From Sneathiella sp. (GTDB lineage Bacteria; Pseudomonadota; Alphaproteobacteria; Sneathiellales; Sneathiellaceae): a stretch of DNA of 64,000 nucleotides. The first letter of the stretch is position 1. Each line of letters begins with the position of its first letter. Positions 48,289 through 59,242 of the stretch are shown here, one piece after another. The position numbers and the translations under genes are program-made. The stretch lies in NCBI RefSeq assembly GCF_002706985.1, contig NZ_PAKP01000027.1; one strand, given 5' to 3'. A model generated the notes under the pieces. The model had not been told where the DNA came from and did not search any database. It saw only the letters and a list, made by a program, of their open reading frames with translations.

Positions 48289-48634
48289 TGTATTTAAACT
48301 GGTTCTCTTTGTGTATCAGAAAGTCGTAGCTGTACCCCTCTTTCATTTTATCCTTGTAGGGCGAGGTAGAGCACATTACTGGCGCGAAATTGGTTTTGAA
48401 CATTTCAGAAACAGTTTCGTGACTTAGCTGTGGCAAGTTCTCATAGCCAGCTGCAGAGGGGCTGATTTCATACCTTAAGTAAAAGGTTTTTGTGTCGTTT
48501 CTACCAGCCATATAGCGGATTTTCTCGCCTTCGCCGATAATGAGCGGGGTATCAAGCTGATGCCAGCGGAGGGCGGAGTCCGGGGCGGCGGTCGCACAGC
48601 CGGTCAACAGCAGGAAAAGCAGTAAAACTCTCAT
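48248..48634 (-). CDS. Hypothetical lipoprotein
   Basis: Lipobox LLTGC. Confidence 0.65.
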   Translation of the reverse strand: MRVLLLFLLLTGCATAAPDSALRWHQLDTPLIIGEGEKIRYMAGRNDTKTFYLRYEISPSAAGYENLPQLSHETVSEMFKTNFAPVMCSTSPYKDKMKEGYSYDFLIHKENQFKYTIGRFEVAESDCL

Positions 48635-48820
48635 TGGGCGTCCTTTCTCGTAAGGCGGTAATAAACATACATAGCCGCTGTGCCGAGGTAAACTATGGCC
48701 CCAAGACCAAAGAACAGTAGCACCGCTTGCCAAGCGGTGTATTGCATGCAGAAAACTTAGGTTGTTTCAATTAATTTCTTATACTATCTTGGGTGATTGT
48801 TAGCTTGTTGGGGATTATGT

Positions 48821-49300
48821 ATGAGGTGGTTTTTAATTATCGCATTGCTATTTCTGGTTAACTGCCAGGCCCCGCAAATTATGGCGCCAAAAGAGCAAAT
48901 TCCGGCAAAAGAAGCTTATCAAAAACATGACTTTGCAACCATAAAAAAGATGGCGGAAAGCGGTGACCCTTGGGGGCAGTTCTATCTTGGTTCGATGTAC
49001 GGTTCAGGTAACGGCGTTAGTAAAGATCTTTATAAGGCCGTCAAGTGGTGGAGTTTGGCCGCCAAACAAGGTAACGCTACTGCGCAATATAATCTTGGCG
49101 TTGCCAATGAATACGGAAAAGGCGCACCTCAAGACTTTCAAACTGCATATATGTATTACTATATAGCTGCTGAGAATGGCTCTCATCAATATGGAACGGC
49201 GCTCGACAGGGTGGCAAATAAATTGAGTAACATTGAGATAGCCGAGGCTAAAAAACTCGCCCATGAATGCCTCGATAATAAGAAACTCCTAAATTGCTAG
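48821..49300 (+). CDS. Sel1-repeat lipoprotein
   Basis: LVNC lipobox-like; GDPWGQFYLGSMY and GNATAQYNLGVA Sel1 repeats. Confidence 0.85.
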   Translation: MRWFLIIALLFLVNCQAPQIMAPKEQIPAKEAYQKHDFATIKKMAESGDPWGQFYLGSMYGSGNGVSKDLYKAVKWWSLAAKQGNATAQYNLGVANEYGKGAPQDFQTAYMYYYIAAENGSHQYGTALDRVANKLSNIEIAEAKKLAHECLDNKKLLNC

Positions 49301-49752
49301 ACTGGGTCAAACCATTAACTATTAATCCGCCCGCCGACTGACCGGTACAGGAGCGGCGGGAATGGGCTCATAATCAAATTAGCATGGCCTTGATGCTTAA
49401 AGAAATGCTAGAAAGAAATCGCCAGCTTGAATCAGTTGGCCAGGAAGCGGCTGCAGAAGATTCCCTGTCTTTATGGAAACGCCTTAAACCTCTCCACCTA
49501 TGTGCGGAACAGAATCATTGTTTAAATGGAACACAGACAGCCATAGCAGGTTTGCTGTCTGTGAATTGCCCCCAATATTCAAGCACTTCCTGAATCGCGT
49601 TTTTGCAGCTGGCCTCGTCAGAAAACGGGATATTTTCTATTGGTCCCTGTGCGTGAAAAGCTAGTATCAGTATCCAAGCATTAATATTTAACATTGATTA
49701 TTTTCCATCCCCCCTTATACCACATTACCCATAATTGGCTATTACAGGGCAC

Positions 49753-49778
49753 AAAAAAAAGGAGAGCCGAAGCCCTCC
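49753..49778 (-). terminator. Rho-independent terminator for the leftward early genes
   Basis: Minus strand GGAGGGCTTCGGCTCTCC followed by T8. Confidence 0.85.
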
Positions 49779-49800
49779 CCAAGTTGGAGAAATCTAACAG

Positions 49801-50121
49801 TTATGTGTAGTCATAGCCGTCTGGCAGGCATTTCACCAAAGGTACTCGTTGGTCTATCCCATACTCGGGCTCATAACCGGCGTGGCTGTATTGCTCCCTG
49901 TCGTGGCTGTCCTCAAGGTCGGTATCGCCGTCGATATGGTCAAGCATCGAGATAAGAACCTCTGAGAGGTCGCCAAGCGCCTCAGTAAGCCTTAGCGTGG
50001 CCTCTGCAGCGTCTTTGATTGTACCGGCGTTTTTATCGGCCCTAAGCGCGCACAGAGAGCGGTGAAGATTCCCGACCCTGCTTGAGGCCTGTTTGTCATA
50101 GCTTTCGATAAGTTTAGCCAT
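49801..50121 (-). CDS. Phage-type hypothetical protein
   Basis: Acidic DGDTDLEDSHDRE segment; co-oriented with the upstream gene. Confidence 0.55.
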   Translation of the reverse strand: MAKLIESYDKQASSRVGNLHRSLCALRADKNAGTIKDAAEATLRLTEALGDLSEVLISMLDHIDGDTDLEDSHDREQYSHAGYEPEYGIDQRVPLVKCLPDGYDYT

Positions 50122-50122
50122 A

Positions 50123-50533
50123 TCACGCCAGCCTTTCTATATCGGCGAATACACTCAGAAGAACCTTTTGGTTAACCGAGCTTTTCCCCTGAAAACATCC
50201 ATTGTTGAAGTTTTCCGGCATTTCCAGCCAACGGATTTTTTCACGTACACCGGCAAGGCTATCGGCGGGCGTATCTGCCAAGCCCTTTATTGCATCGTGT
50301 GCCGCGTCCATAGTGGCGCTTAGTTCTTCGTCAGTGTTACAAGCGGGATTATCCACCCAAGCGGAGCAGCGGGCATATTCCGCCACCATCTCAGCAATGG
50401 CCCGGTCATTGTTACCGGCAATGCTTGTCGATGGGATGAAAGGAACAGCGATAGCGGGAAGCATGGCCGCGCCCTTTAATGCAGAACGCCTATCGAATTT
50501 ACGGGATTTCGAGTCTATATGTAACTCAGTCAT
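50123..50533 (-). CDS. Phage-type hypothetical protein with RR leader
   Basis: AAGGAG RBS; DRRSALKGAA twin-Arg-like leader. Confidence 0.6.
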   Translation of the reverse strand: MTELHIDSKSRKFDRRSALKGAAMLPAIAVPFIPSTSIAGNNDRAIAEMVAEYARCSAWVDNPACNTDEELSATMDAAHDAIKGLADTPADSLAGVREKIRWLEMPENFNNGCFQGKSSVNQKVLLSVFADIERLA

Positions 50534-50658
50534 AGCGTGAAACTCCTTTTCAGTTTCCGTTGTGATTAGGGCCGGGTTGGTGGTGAGACACCTTCTCGGC
50601 CTGCTTTATTGCAATAATTCACTTGCAATATGACAAAATTATACATAGTATGTTATCT

Positions 50659-51120
50659 ATGTCAACACAGTATTATAATTTCATCACATCCCAGCAATGC
50701 CGAATGGCCCGCGCTGCATTGAATATCACCGTCCGAGATTTGGCAGAGGCAACCGGCCTGTCAGCGATGACAATCACAAGATTTGAAAACGGCAAGAACA
50801 AAGGAAGCCCCGATACGTTGCAAACAATTGCTGCTGCATTTCAGGGTCGGGGCATTGTTTTTATTCCAGCAGACGACGACCTTGGGCCGGGTGTGAGGCT
50901 CATTTTAGAAGATGGAGAGAAGGAAGCCATGCAGCCACAGACCTACGACCAAAAAACTGCCGAAATAATTTGCGATATTCTTAGTGACGGAACGCCGCTT
51001 TCGTCGGTCGCTCAAGACTCAACAATGCCAAGCCTATCAACAATCAATCGCTGGCGAAGGGAAAACAAATGGTTCCGCGAGGAAGTCATGAAATGGATGC
51101 GTCTGCGGGGCCGGGGGTAA
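50659..51120 (+). CDS. Xre-family HTH regulator fused to a small-terminase-like HTH domain (start uncertain)
   Basis: CRMARAALNITVRDLAEATGLSAMTITRFENG...GPGVRL, then YDQKTAEIICDILSDGTPLSSV...MPSLSTINRW. Confidence 0.8.
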   Translation: MSTQYYNFITSQQCRMARAALNITVRDLAEATGLSAMTITRFENGKNKGSPDTLQTIAAAFQGRGIVFIPADDDLGPGVRLILEDGEKEAMQPQTYDQKTAEIICDILSDGTPLSSVAQDSTMPSLSTINRWRRENKWFREEVMKWMRLRGRG

Positions 51121-51144
51121 GGATGGCGAATGTGTCAGTGATAA

Positions 51145-51263
51145 AATAGCAAAGGCCCCACCGAGGCGGGGCCTATATATTGACACTATACCGGATTGCA
51201 ATCTCCTCTGCATAGCGGCCTCCTAGGAGGACTCATGCCCGATGCCGAAGCAGAGCGGGAACA
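51145..51263 (-). ncRNA. Candidate small RNA downstream of the PemK/MazF toxin
   Basis: Minus-strand TTGTAA-N17-TATATT promoter (51297-51269), several hairpins and an intrinsic terminator (51153-51174). Confidence 0.45.
51153..51174 (-). terminator. Rho-independent terminator
   Basis: AGGCCCCGC-CTCG-GTGGGGCCT (fully paired only on the minus strand) followed by TTGCTATTTT. Confidence 0.75.
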
Positions 51264-51305
51264 TTCGTAATATACTGATTGCTGCGTTAAATTACAATTA
51301 AATTA

Positions 51306-51710
51306 TTATATACCCAGTGCATGTCTCACGCAGTTTTGAATTCTGGCAAGGTCGTCAGGCGTAATAATTCTTGTATCATATATACGTTTTCCGCTTGGTT
51401 CCTTACCTAAAAATGGCATGATTAAGCGCTGTAACGCAACGGTAACCACCAAATCTGCTTTAACCCACATTCTGGTCTCAATAAATGGTTCAGGAAGTGG
51501 TGTGCCAATGTCCAGCTCGCAATGGTAAGGCATAATTGGATCAGGTATCGAAGTACTCAACGGAACAACAGTGCATAAATCGGCTCTTTCTCTGAATCTC
51601 GGGGAAATTACAACCACTGGACGGCGCTTCACCATTTCTGGCGGAATAAAGGAGCGATTAAAATCGCAAATCACTATTGTTCCCTGAGCTGGGTGGATAT
51701 GAAGCGCCAT
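51306..51710 (-). CDS. PemK/MazF family toxin with no adjacent protein antitoxin
   Basis: GTIVICDF...PEMVKRRPVVVIS...LCTVVPLSTS. Confidence 0.88.
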   Translation of the reverse strand: MALHIHPAQGTIVICDFNRSFIPPEMVKRRPVVVISPRFRERADLCTVVPLSTSIPDPIMPYHCELDIGTPLPEPFIETRMWVKADLVVTVALQRLIMPFLGKEPSGKRIYDTRIITPDDLARIQNCVRHALGI

Positions 51711-51853
51711 TAGCTCACCATTAATATAAGTATATTGTCTGTGCTCATTAAATCACACGTTTAACATTCTTTGTGGAAAAACTCATTAATTTTCCACAAG
51801 ACAAACGCCCCGTACCCCGTTTAGGCTACTGCTTTTGAAAAAGCGGGGGAGAA

Positions 51854-52138
51854 ATGCCGCCCAAAGACAGCCCCAATAAAATATTGAATACACTTTGTTG
51901 CGACTATGATCTGGGAGAGGGTTCTGTAAATATCTCGGAAAAATTCGGTAGGCAAAGCGTGTTGTTTCAGCTTGATGTAATTGAAGACTGGATCGCGGAT
52001 TTGGAGTTTTATCGCGATACAGCCCTTGGCGGACCCTTTGATGATATCCTGGAAGAGATTTCAGAGCAGGATCAGGCGGAAGTTATTGACCTGGCATCTC
52101 GCAGGAAGGCGGAAAAAGAAGTAGATAATGAAGATTAA
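51854..52138 (+). CDS. Hypothetical protein
   Basis: GGGGGAG RBS; acidic 94-aa ORF. Confidence 0.5.
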   Translation: MPPKDSPNKILNTLCCDYDLGEGSVNISEKFGRQSVLFQLDVIEDWIADLEFYRDTALGGPFDDILEEISEQDQAEVIDLASRRKAEKEVDNED

Positions 52139-52215
52139 GGGGAGACGAATGGCTAGAAAGGTTAAACCAGCTTTGAGGGATGGTAACTGAGAGACATGAA
52201 AAAGTAAGAGCATTA

Positions 52216-52428
52216 ATGGCAAATTCAAAAATTGTTACAGAGGCCAAAATCAGACGCGTAGTTAATGCCATGCAAAAGAGTGGCCTAACCATTTCCGAGT
52301 GTATCATTACATCTACGGAAGTTCGGCTTTTATTCGGTGAGAAGGGGTCGAAAAAAGAAACGATTATTTATGACGGGGCCGAGCCGTGGGACGAAGATGA
52401 CGGGCTGGAACCATGGCCGACGCGATGA
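52216..52428 (+). CDS. Small phage-type hypothetical protein
   Basis: VTEAKIRRVVNAMQKSGLTI; start uncertain. Confidence 0.45.
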   Translation: MANSKIVTEAKIRRVVNAMQKSGLTISECIITSTEVRLLFGEKGSKKETIIYDGAEPWDEDDGLEPWPTR

Positions 52429-52474
52429 GGAGCCAGTTGAGATAGTATTATTTATTGCCGGAGACAAAAATTGA

Positions 52475-52738
52475 ATGAACGACAGAAAGCACTTTGCACA
52501 ATCAACCAATGTCCCAAAACCTCATTGGCCGCAGAATGTTCGGTCAATATCCGTCGAGGGGCTCGAAAATCTTGGCATTAGTGACAGCGGGGAGCTTTAT
52601 TGGGATGGCAAGCGCCTAAAGGTCGAAAATAAAGTTACATTAAATCTTTGGCAAAATACTTTGGCTGCTATTACCGCCGGTTCTGCGCTGGTTGTTGCTG
52701 CTGTTAGCGTTATTGCCTATATATGCCCGCCTCAATAA
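52475..52738 (+). CDS. Small membrane protein
   Basis: ELYWDGKRL plus a C-terminal TM helix. Confidence 0.5.
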   Translation: MNDRKHFAQSTNVPKPHWPQNVRSISVEGLENLGISDSGELYWDGKRLKVENKVTLNLWQNTLAAITAGSALVVAAVSVIAYICPPQ

Positions 52739-52956
52739 TGCCTCTCAAACCTCGCATTATTTCCGGTCAGGAAGCCGCCGAATATCTCGGTTATTCCGGA
52801 CCCACCGATGCTTTCAAAAAGTTCTGCCGTGAAATCGGTGTTAAGCCAATCAGGCGAGGGCGGTACGACATCCAACAAATTGATGCTGCTCTGGACAGTT
52901 TACTCGGGCATGATAAGAGGGATGATGAATGGCACAAAAGATTAAATCGGCTTTGA
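52738..52956 (+). CDS. Excisionase-like HTH protein
   Basis: ISGQEAAEYLGYSG...RYDIQQIDAALD. Confidence 0.65.
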   Translation: MPLKPRIISGQEAAEYLGYSGPTDAFKKFCREIGVKPIRRGRYDIQQIDAALDSLLGHDKRDDEWHKRLNRL

Positions 52957-52987
52957 TGACCCGAGACTTTTGAAAGGCGGGTGCAGT

Positions 52988-53512
52988 GTGTGGGACTTTT
53001 TAAAGGATTTTCAAACGGGGATAGTCGGGATACTGGGTTTCGCGGGTGTAATATTGACGTTGTGGTGGAACGCAAGACTCCAGCGTAAAAGCCGAGAGCA
53101 TGAAATTGAAATAGAACGGAAGGCGCTTCATATTGCGCTGCTCACTGAGCTGAACGTGGTTCATAAAATATTCTCGTACAATATACGAACACTGAGCGAG
53201 AACATGGAAAAAATGCGTATAGGGCAGAATTTGGGTGATCTTGCATATGGTTTTGATGAGCCCAGCCGAGTTTTCGACGCCAACATACACAAGATAGGCC
53301 TTCTTGGCCAAGAAGGAGCCGGAAAAGTTCTTTCAGCTTTTCTTCCGCTGGCAACAGTATCAAACCGATTGCTTTTATACGGCACACTTCACTCTAGTGG
53401 CCAGTCAGTTTTAATTGATCCGGCGCATATTCACTCTATTCATAATATGTACCAAGGGCACATTGGAAAGATTGAGGCGGCGACACGATGGTTATCCGAA
53501 CATCAAGAATAA
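52988..53512 (+). CDS. Membrane-anchored hypothetical protein
   Basis: N-terminal TM GIVGILGFAGVILTLWW followed by a helical domain. Confidence 0.6.
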   Translation: MWDFLKDFQTGIVGILGFAGVILTLWWNARLQRKSREHEIEIERKALHIALLTELNVVHKIFSYNIRTLSENMEKMRIGQNLGDLAYGFDEPSRVFDANIHKIGLLGQEGAGKVLSAFLPLATVSNRLLLYGTLHSSGQSVLIDPAHIHSIHNMYQGHIGKIEAATRWLSEHQE

Positions 53513-53593
53513 AATCTTGAGCTATTGCACCTATCGCACCAATTGCACGGGGTAATATCCATATAGAGATAAAGGCGTGAAATCTGCCCCGGC

Positions 53594-53611
53594 GGTCACT
53601 TATAGGTCACT
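53594..53611 (+). repeat. Probable integrase arm-type sites (2x GGTCACT)
   Basis: GGTCACTTATAGGTCACT is identical to 34729-34746. Confidence 0.75.
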
Positions 53612-53620
53612 TGTAAAGAG

Positions 53621-53651
53621 AAAGGGCCCAGCCGTTTCCAGCTAAGCCCTT
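53621..53651 (-). terminator. Element-supplied hairpin downstream of the tRNA
   Basis: Minus strand AAGGGCTTAGCTG-GAAA-CGGCTGGGCCCTT, a long stem with GU pairs. Confidence 0.6.
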
Positions 53652-53659
53652 GAAATTAA

Positions 53660-53735
<76 letters not shown>

Positions 53736-53819
53736 ATAGTGGCGGGTGTGCCCGCCGCGGGTTCGGAAACTATGCCGAAGCCCTTTCAGATTCAAGTCAA
53801 AAGTGATTTCGGGGTGAAA

Positions 53820-54170
53820 TCAGCTTTCGTCGTCGGATTTCGGTTTGATCACCACGCCGGAAAGATCGTCATCATCATCTTCATCGTCGGGGAGATCGAC
53901 TGTATCCGGATCGATGAGATCGTCGTCCGTATCCGTATCATCATCATCGTCATCAATCAGATCGTCTGCTTTCTTTTTCGCCGCCGCGGCCGCAGCCTTT
54001 TTCGCCGCTTCCGTTGGCCCCGCAGACCGCCGCGGTTTCAGCAACCGTTCTGGTGTATTTTCTTCGCCGCAGGCCGGACAGATAATCGGCGTTTTCTTCA
54101 TATCGTAAAAAGGCTTTCCGCAAGCACTGCAACGATGCTTTTCGCCCCATTCCGGTTTTGCCATTGTCAC
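53820..54170 (-). CDS. TIGR02300 (FYDLN_acid) family protein
   Basis: MAKPEWGEKHRCSACGKPFYDMKKTPIICPACG plus an acidic tail. Confidence 0.9.
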   Translation of the reverse strand: MTMAKPEWGEKHRCSACGKPFYDMKKTPIICPACGEENTPERLLKPRRSAGPTEAAKKAAAAAAKKKADDLIDDDDDDTDTDDDLIDPDTVDLPDDEDDDDDLSGVVIKPKSDDES

Positions 54171-54375
54171 CTCATCCTTGTGTTGACGCCAAATCGGCTA
54201 AATTGGCGCCCCAAAGCAATTTAAGAGAGGGTGAATTGCCAGAATAACCGGGCGCTGTCAAAAGTTTCTTTCATTTGGGCTCAGCTTTATGTGACATCGG
54301 TAAAAAACCTTGCTAAAACCCCGGTGCAGGAGTTTCCCTATTTTCAAGCCCGAAGGCATATCCGGCCGAAGATCC

Positions 54376-55728
54376 ATGACCTCTCATTCCTCATCCCCGC
54401 TTCCACTGACGGCGCACGCCTCCGGGCCATTGACCGGCACCGTCACCGTGCCCGGCGACAAGTCGATTTCCCACCGCGCCCTTATTTTCGGCGCCCTCGC
54501 CGCCGGGACGACCTCGATTACCGGCCTGCTGGAGGGGGAGGATGTGCTGTGTACTGCCGCCGCCATGCGTCAGCTGGGTGCAACCGTCGTCAAGAATGAG
54601 GACGGCAGCTGGCAGGTTACCGGCAATGGCATCAGCGCCCTCGCCGAGCCGGAGCAGGTTCTTGACATGGGAAATTCGGGAACGGCGGCGCGGCTACTGA
54701 TGGGGCTGGTGGCGGCCTGCCCGTTCACCACCTTCTTCGCCGGCGACGCCAGCCTGCACAAACGCCCCATGGGACGGGTCCGGCTGCCGCTGGAGGAGAT
54801 GGGCGCCCTGATTACAAGCCGTTCGGGCGGGCGATTCCCTCTGGCCGTGACCGGGCGGGAGCTGATGTCGATCGACTATGAACTTCCCGTTGCCTCCGCC
54901 CAGGTGAAATCCGCAATCCTGCTGGCTGCGCTCGATACGCCGGGCCTCACCCGTGTGACCGAGCCCAAGCCGACCCGCGACCATACGGAGAATATGCTGC
55001 GGCATTTCGGCGCGACCGTGACCGTGACCGATCTCGATACCGGCGGGCGCGTCATCGAATATGAGGGGCAGCAGGAACTCACCGCCGCCGATATTACCGT
55101 GCCGGGCGATCCATCGTCGGCGGCATTTATGGTGGTTGCGGCGGCCATCCTGCCGGGATCGGATGTGACCATTACAAATGTTGGGCTCAATCCGCTCCGC
55201 GACGGGCTTTTCATAACGCTGAAGGAAATGGGCGCGGATATCAAGATTCTGAACAAGCGAGATCAGGCCGGAGAGCCTGTCGGCGATCTTCATGTCCGCG
55301 GCAGTGCGCTTCAGGGAATAACGGTTCCACCGGAGCGCGCGCCGACCATGATCGACGAGTTTCCCGTGCTGTTCGTCACCGCCACCTTCGCGACCGGCAA
55401 GACCGTCATGCGCGGTCTTGAGGAACTCCGGGTGAAGGAATCGGACCGGATCGCCAGCATGGCTGCCGGGCTGACCGCCTGCGGCGCAACGCTGGAGGAG
55501 TTCGAGGATGGCCTGATCATCGACGGCGACGGCGCCCCGCCGGAGGGTGGCGGGCGCATCGAAACCCATCTCGATCATCGCATCGCCATGTCTTTTCTGG
55601 TCATGGGGCTGGGTGCGAAAAATCCTGTCACCGTGGATGATGGCCGGGTGATGGAGACGAGCTTTCCCGGATTTGCCAATCTGCTGCGCCGTCTGGGCGG
55701 AGATATCCGCGAGGAAGACGCCTCATGA
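54376..55728 (+). CDS. aroA: 3-phosphoshikimate 1-carboxyvinyltransferase
   Basis: PGDKSISHR, GNSGT, SAQVKS, RVKESDR and DHRIAMS. Confidence 0.97.
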   Translation: MTSHSSSPLPLTAHASGPLTGTVTVPGDKSISHRALIFGALAAGTTSITGLLEGEDVLCTAAAMRQLGATVVKNEDGSWQVTGNGISALAEPEQVLDMGNSGTAARLLMGLVAACPFTTFFAGDASLHKRPMGRVRLPLEEMGALITSRSGGRFPLAVTGRELMSIDYELPVASAQVKSAILLAALDTPGLTRVTEPKPTRDHTENMLRHFGATVTVTDLDTGGRVIEYEGQQELTAADITVPGDPSSAAFMVVAAAILPGSDVTITNVGLNPLRDGLFITLKEMGADIKILNKRDQAGEPVGDLHVRGSALQGITVPPERAPTMIDEFPVLFVTATFATGKTVMRGLEELRVKESDRIASMAAGLTACGATLEEFEDGLIIDGDGAPPEGGGRIETHLDHRIAMSFLVMGLGAKNPVTVDDGRVMETSFPGFANLLRRLGGDIREEDAS

Positions 55729-56342
55729 TTATCGCGGTTGACGGTCCGGTCGCCGCCGGAAAAGGAACGCTGGCGCGGCGAATCGCTGATATATATAAGC
55801 TCGATTATCTGGATACTGGCGCGCTTTACCGCGCGGTTGGCCTCAAACTCCTGCAGGATAAGCAAGACCCGGCCGATACCGCCGCTGCGGTGACTGCCGC
55901 GCGCCATGTCGGTGAAATTGCCCTTGACGATCCCGCCCTTCGTGACGAGAAAACCGGCGAGGCGGCCTCGGTCGTTGCCGCGAATGAAGACGTCCGCGCC
56001 GAGCTCCTCCAGTATCAACGGAACTTCGCAAAACGGGAGAAAGGCGCGGTGTTGGACGGTCGGGATATCGGCACCGTCGTCTGTCCCGATGCCGATGTGA
56101 AGCTGTTCGTGACCGCCAGCGCCGAGATTCGCGCCCGCCGCCGGTTCGACGAACTGGCCGCCAAGGGCGTGGAGACAAGTTTCGAGGCTGTGCTGGAGGA
56201 TTTGCAGGCACGGGATGCCCGCGATACCGGCCGGGGTGCGGCCCCGCTTAAAAAAGCCGACGATGCGCACTTGCTTGACACGTCAAAATTGGATATAGAG
56301 GCGGCTGTTAACGCGGCTTGCAAGATTATTGACGCCGCCTAG
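55725..56342 (+). CDS. cmk: Cytidylate kinase
   Basis: DGPVAAGKGT, DTGALYR and DGRDIGTVV. Confidence 0.96.
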   Translation: MIIAVDGPVAAGKGTLARRIADIYKLDYLDTGALYRAVGLKLLQDKQDPADTAAAVTAARHVGEIALDDPALRDEKTGEAASVVAANEDVRAELLQYQRNFAKREKGAVLDGRDIGTVVCPDADVKLFVTASAEIRARRRFDELAAKGVETSFEAVLEDLQARDARDTGRGAAPLKKADDAHLLDTSKLDIEAAVNAACKIIDAA

Positions 56343-56490
56343 ATAGTAAGGATGAACCGTTCCGACCACGCCGGAACAATGAAACATTGCGCTTCTCTCG
56401 CGTGCGTACCTTTTAACCGGAGAAGCTTGTGGCCATCAATCCGCCGATGAACCGGTTTGGCCTGATATCAGGATTGCTAGGAAATCAAAT

Positions 56491-58227
<1,737 letters not shown>

Positions 58228-58283
58228 TCCGTTCATGTCCAACGTCGCTATCGGTCATATCTGTTTTCGTCGGGTGACTGAAC

Positions 58284-59192
58284 ATGCCTGCCGATAGCGA
58301 AGATTACAAAGTCAGGCGCCGTTTGAAGCGGCGCCTGACGCTTTGGCGCCTCCTTGCGATCGTTTTGCTGATCGTTGTCGGCGTCTGGATTTTCAATGCG
58401 ATGACAGAGGACGACGTCACGGATCATGTGGCCCGCCTCGATATCACCGAAATCATTGTTGAGAATGACCGCCGGCAGGACGCCATCGACCGGGTTATCC
58501 GGGATGCCTCCGCCAAGGCGCTGATTGTCTATATCAACAGCCCCGGCGGCTCGACCTATGGCAGCGAACGGCTCTACAAGGCGCTTCGCCGGGTCGCCGA
58601 AACCAAACCGGTTGTCACCGTGATCGGTACCGTTGGCGCCTCGGGCGGCTATATGACGGCCCTTGCCGGGGACCGTATTTTCGCGGGCGAATCCTCCATC
58701 GTCGGCTCCATCGGCGTGATCGTGCAGCTGACCGAAATCTCCGAACTCATGAAAAAGGTTGGCGTCAGCGCGACGGCGATCACCTCTGGCGCGCTCAAAG
58801 GCGAGCCCTCCCCCTTCAAGCCGATCTCGGAAGCCGGGCGGGAGAATCTGCAGGAGATGGTCACCGCTACCTATGACTGGTTCGTCGGCCTTGTAACCGA
58901 CCGGCGGCCGCTGGATGAAAATGAAGTCCGCAGCCTTGCCGACGGACGGATCGTCATCGGCCTGGTGGCGGTCAATAATGGCCTGATTGACGAGATTGGC
59001 GGCATCACGGAAGCGCAAACCTGGCTGGAATCGGTACAACAGATTCCGTCCAGCCTGCCCCTTCGCACCATCGATTATAGTGAGCCAAAACCTCTGATTG
59101 CGCGGCTTTTGGGGGAAATGATGGGGAAAAGCGTTTTATCAGAACGACTTACACTTGACGGACTGCTCTCCCTTTGGCAACCTGACGGATAG
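58284..59192 (+). CDS. sppA: Signal peptide peptidase
   Basis: INSPGGS, ASGGY and GSIGV. Confidence 0.92.
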   Translation: MPADSEDYKVRRRLKRRLTLWRLLAIVLLIVVGVWIFNAMTEDDVTDHVARLDITEIIVENDRRQDAIDRVIRDASAKALIVYINSPGGSTYGSERLYKALRRVAETKPVVTVIGTVGASGGYMTALAGDRIFAGESSIVGSIGVIVQLTEISELMKKVGVSATAITSGALKGEPSPFKPISEAGRENLQEMVTATYDWFVGLVTDRRPLDENEVRSLADGRIVIGLVAVNNGLIDEIGGITEAQTWLESVQQIPSSLPLRTIDYSEPKPLIARLLGEMMGKSVLSERLTLDGLLSLWQPDG

Positions 59193-59242
59193 TTGGGAAA
59201 ATGTCAGATTAAAGAGAAAATTTCAGGGGCGGGGAGTGTCGA

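Noticed and set aside
50123-50533. Tat-exported enzyme
   Set aside because: The RR leader is present but the rest has no cofactor motif; similar leaders are common on small phage hypotheticals, so export is not supported.
53860-53960. TCATCATCG repeats
   Set aside because: They encode the Asp-rich tail of the TIGR02300 protein on the minus strand.
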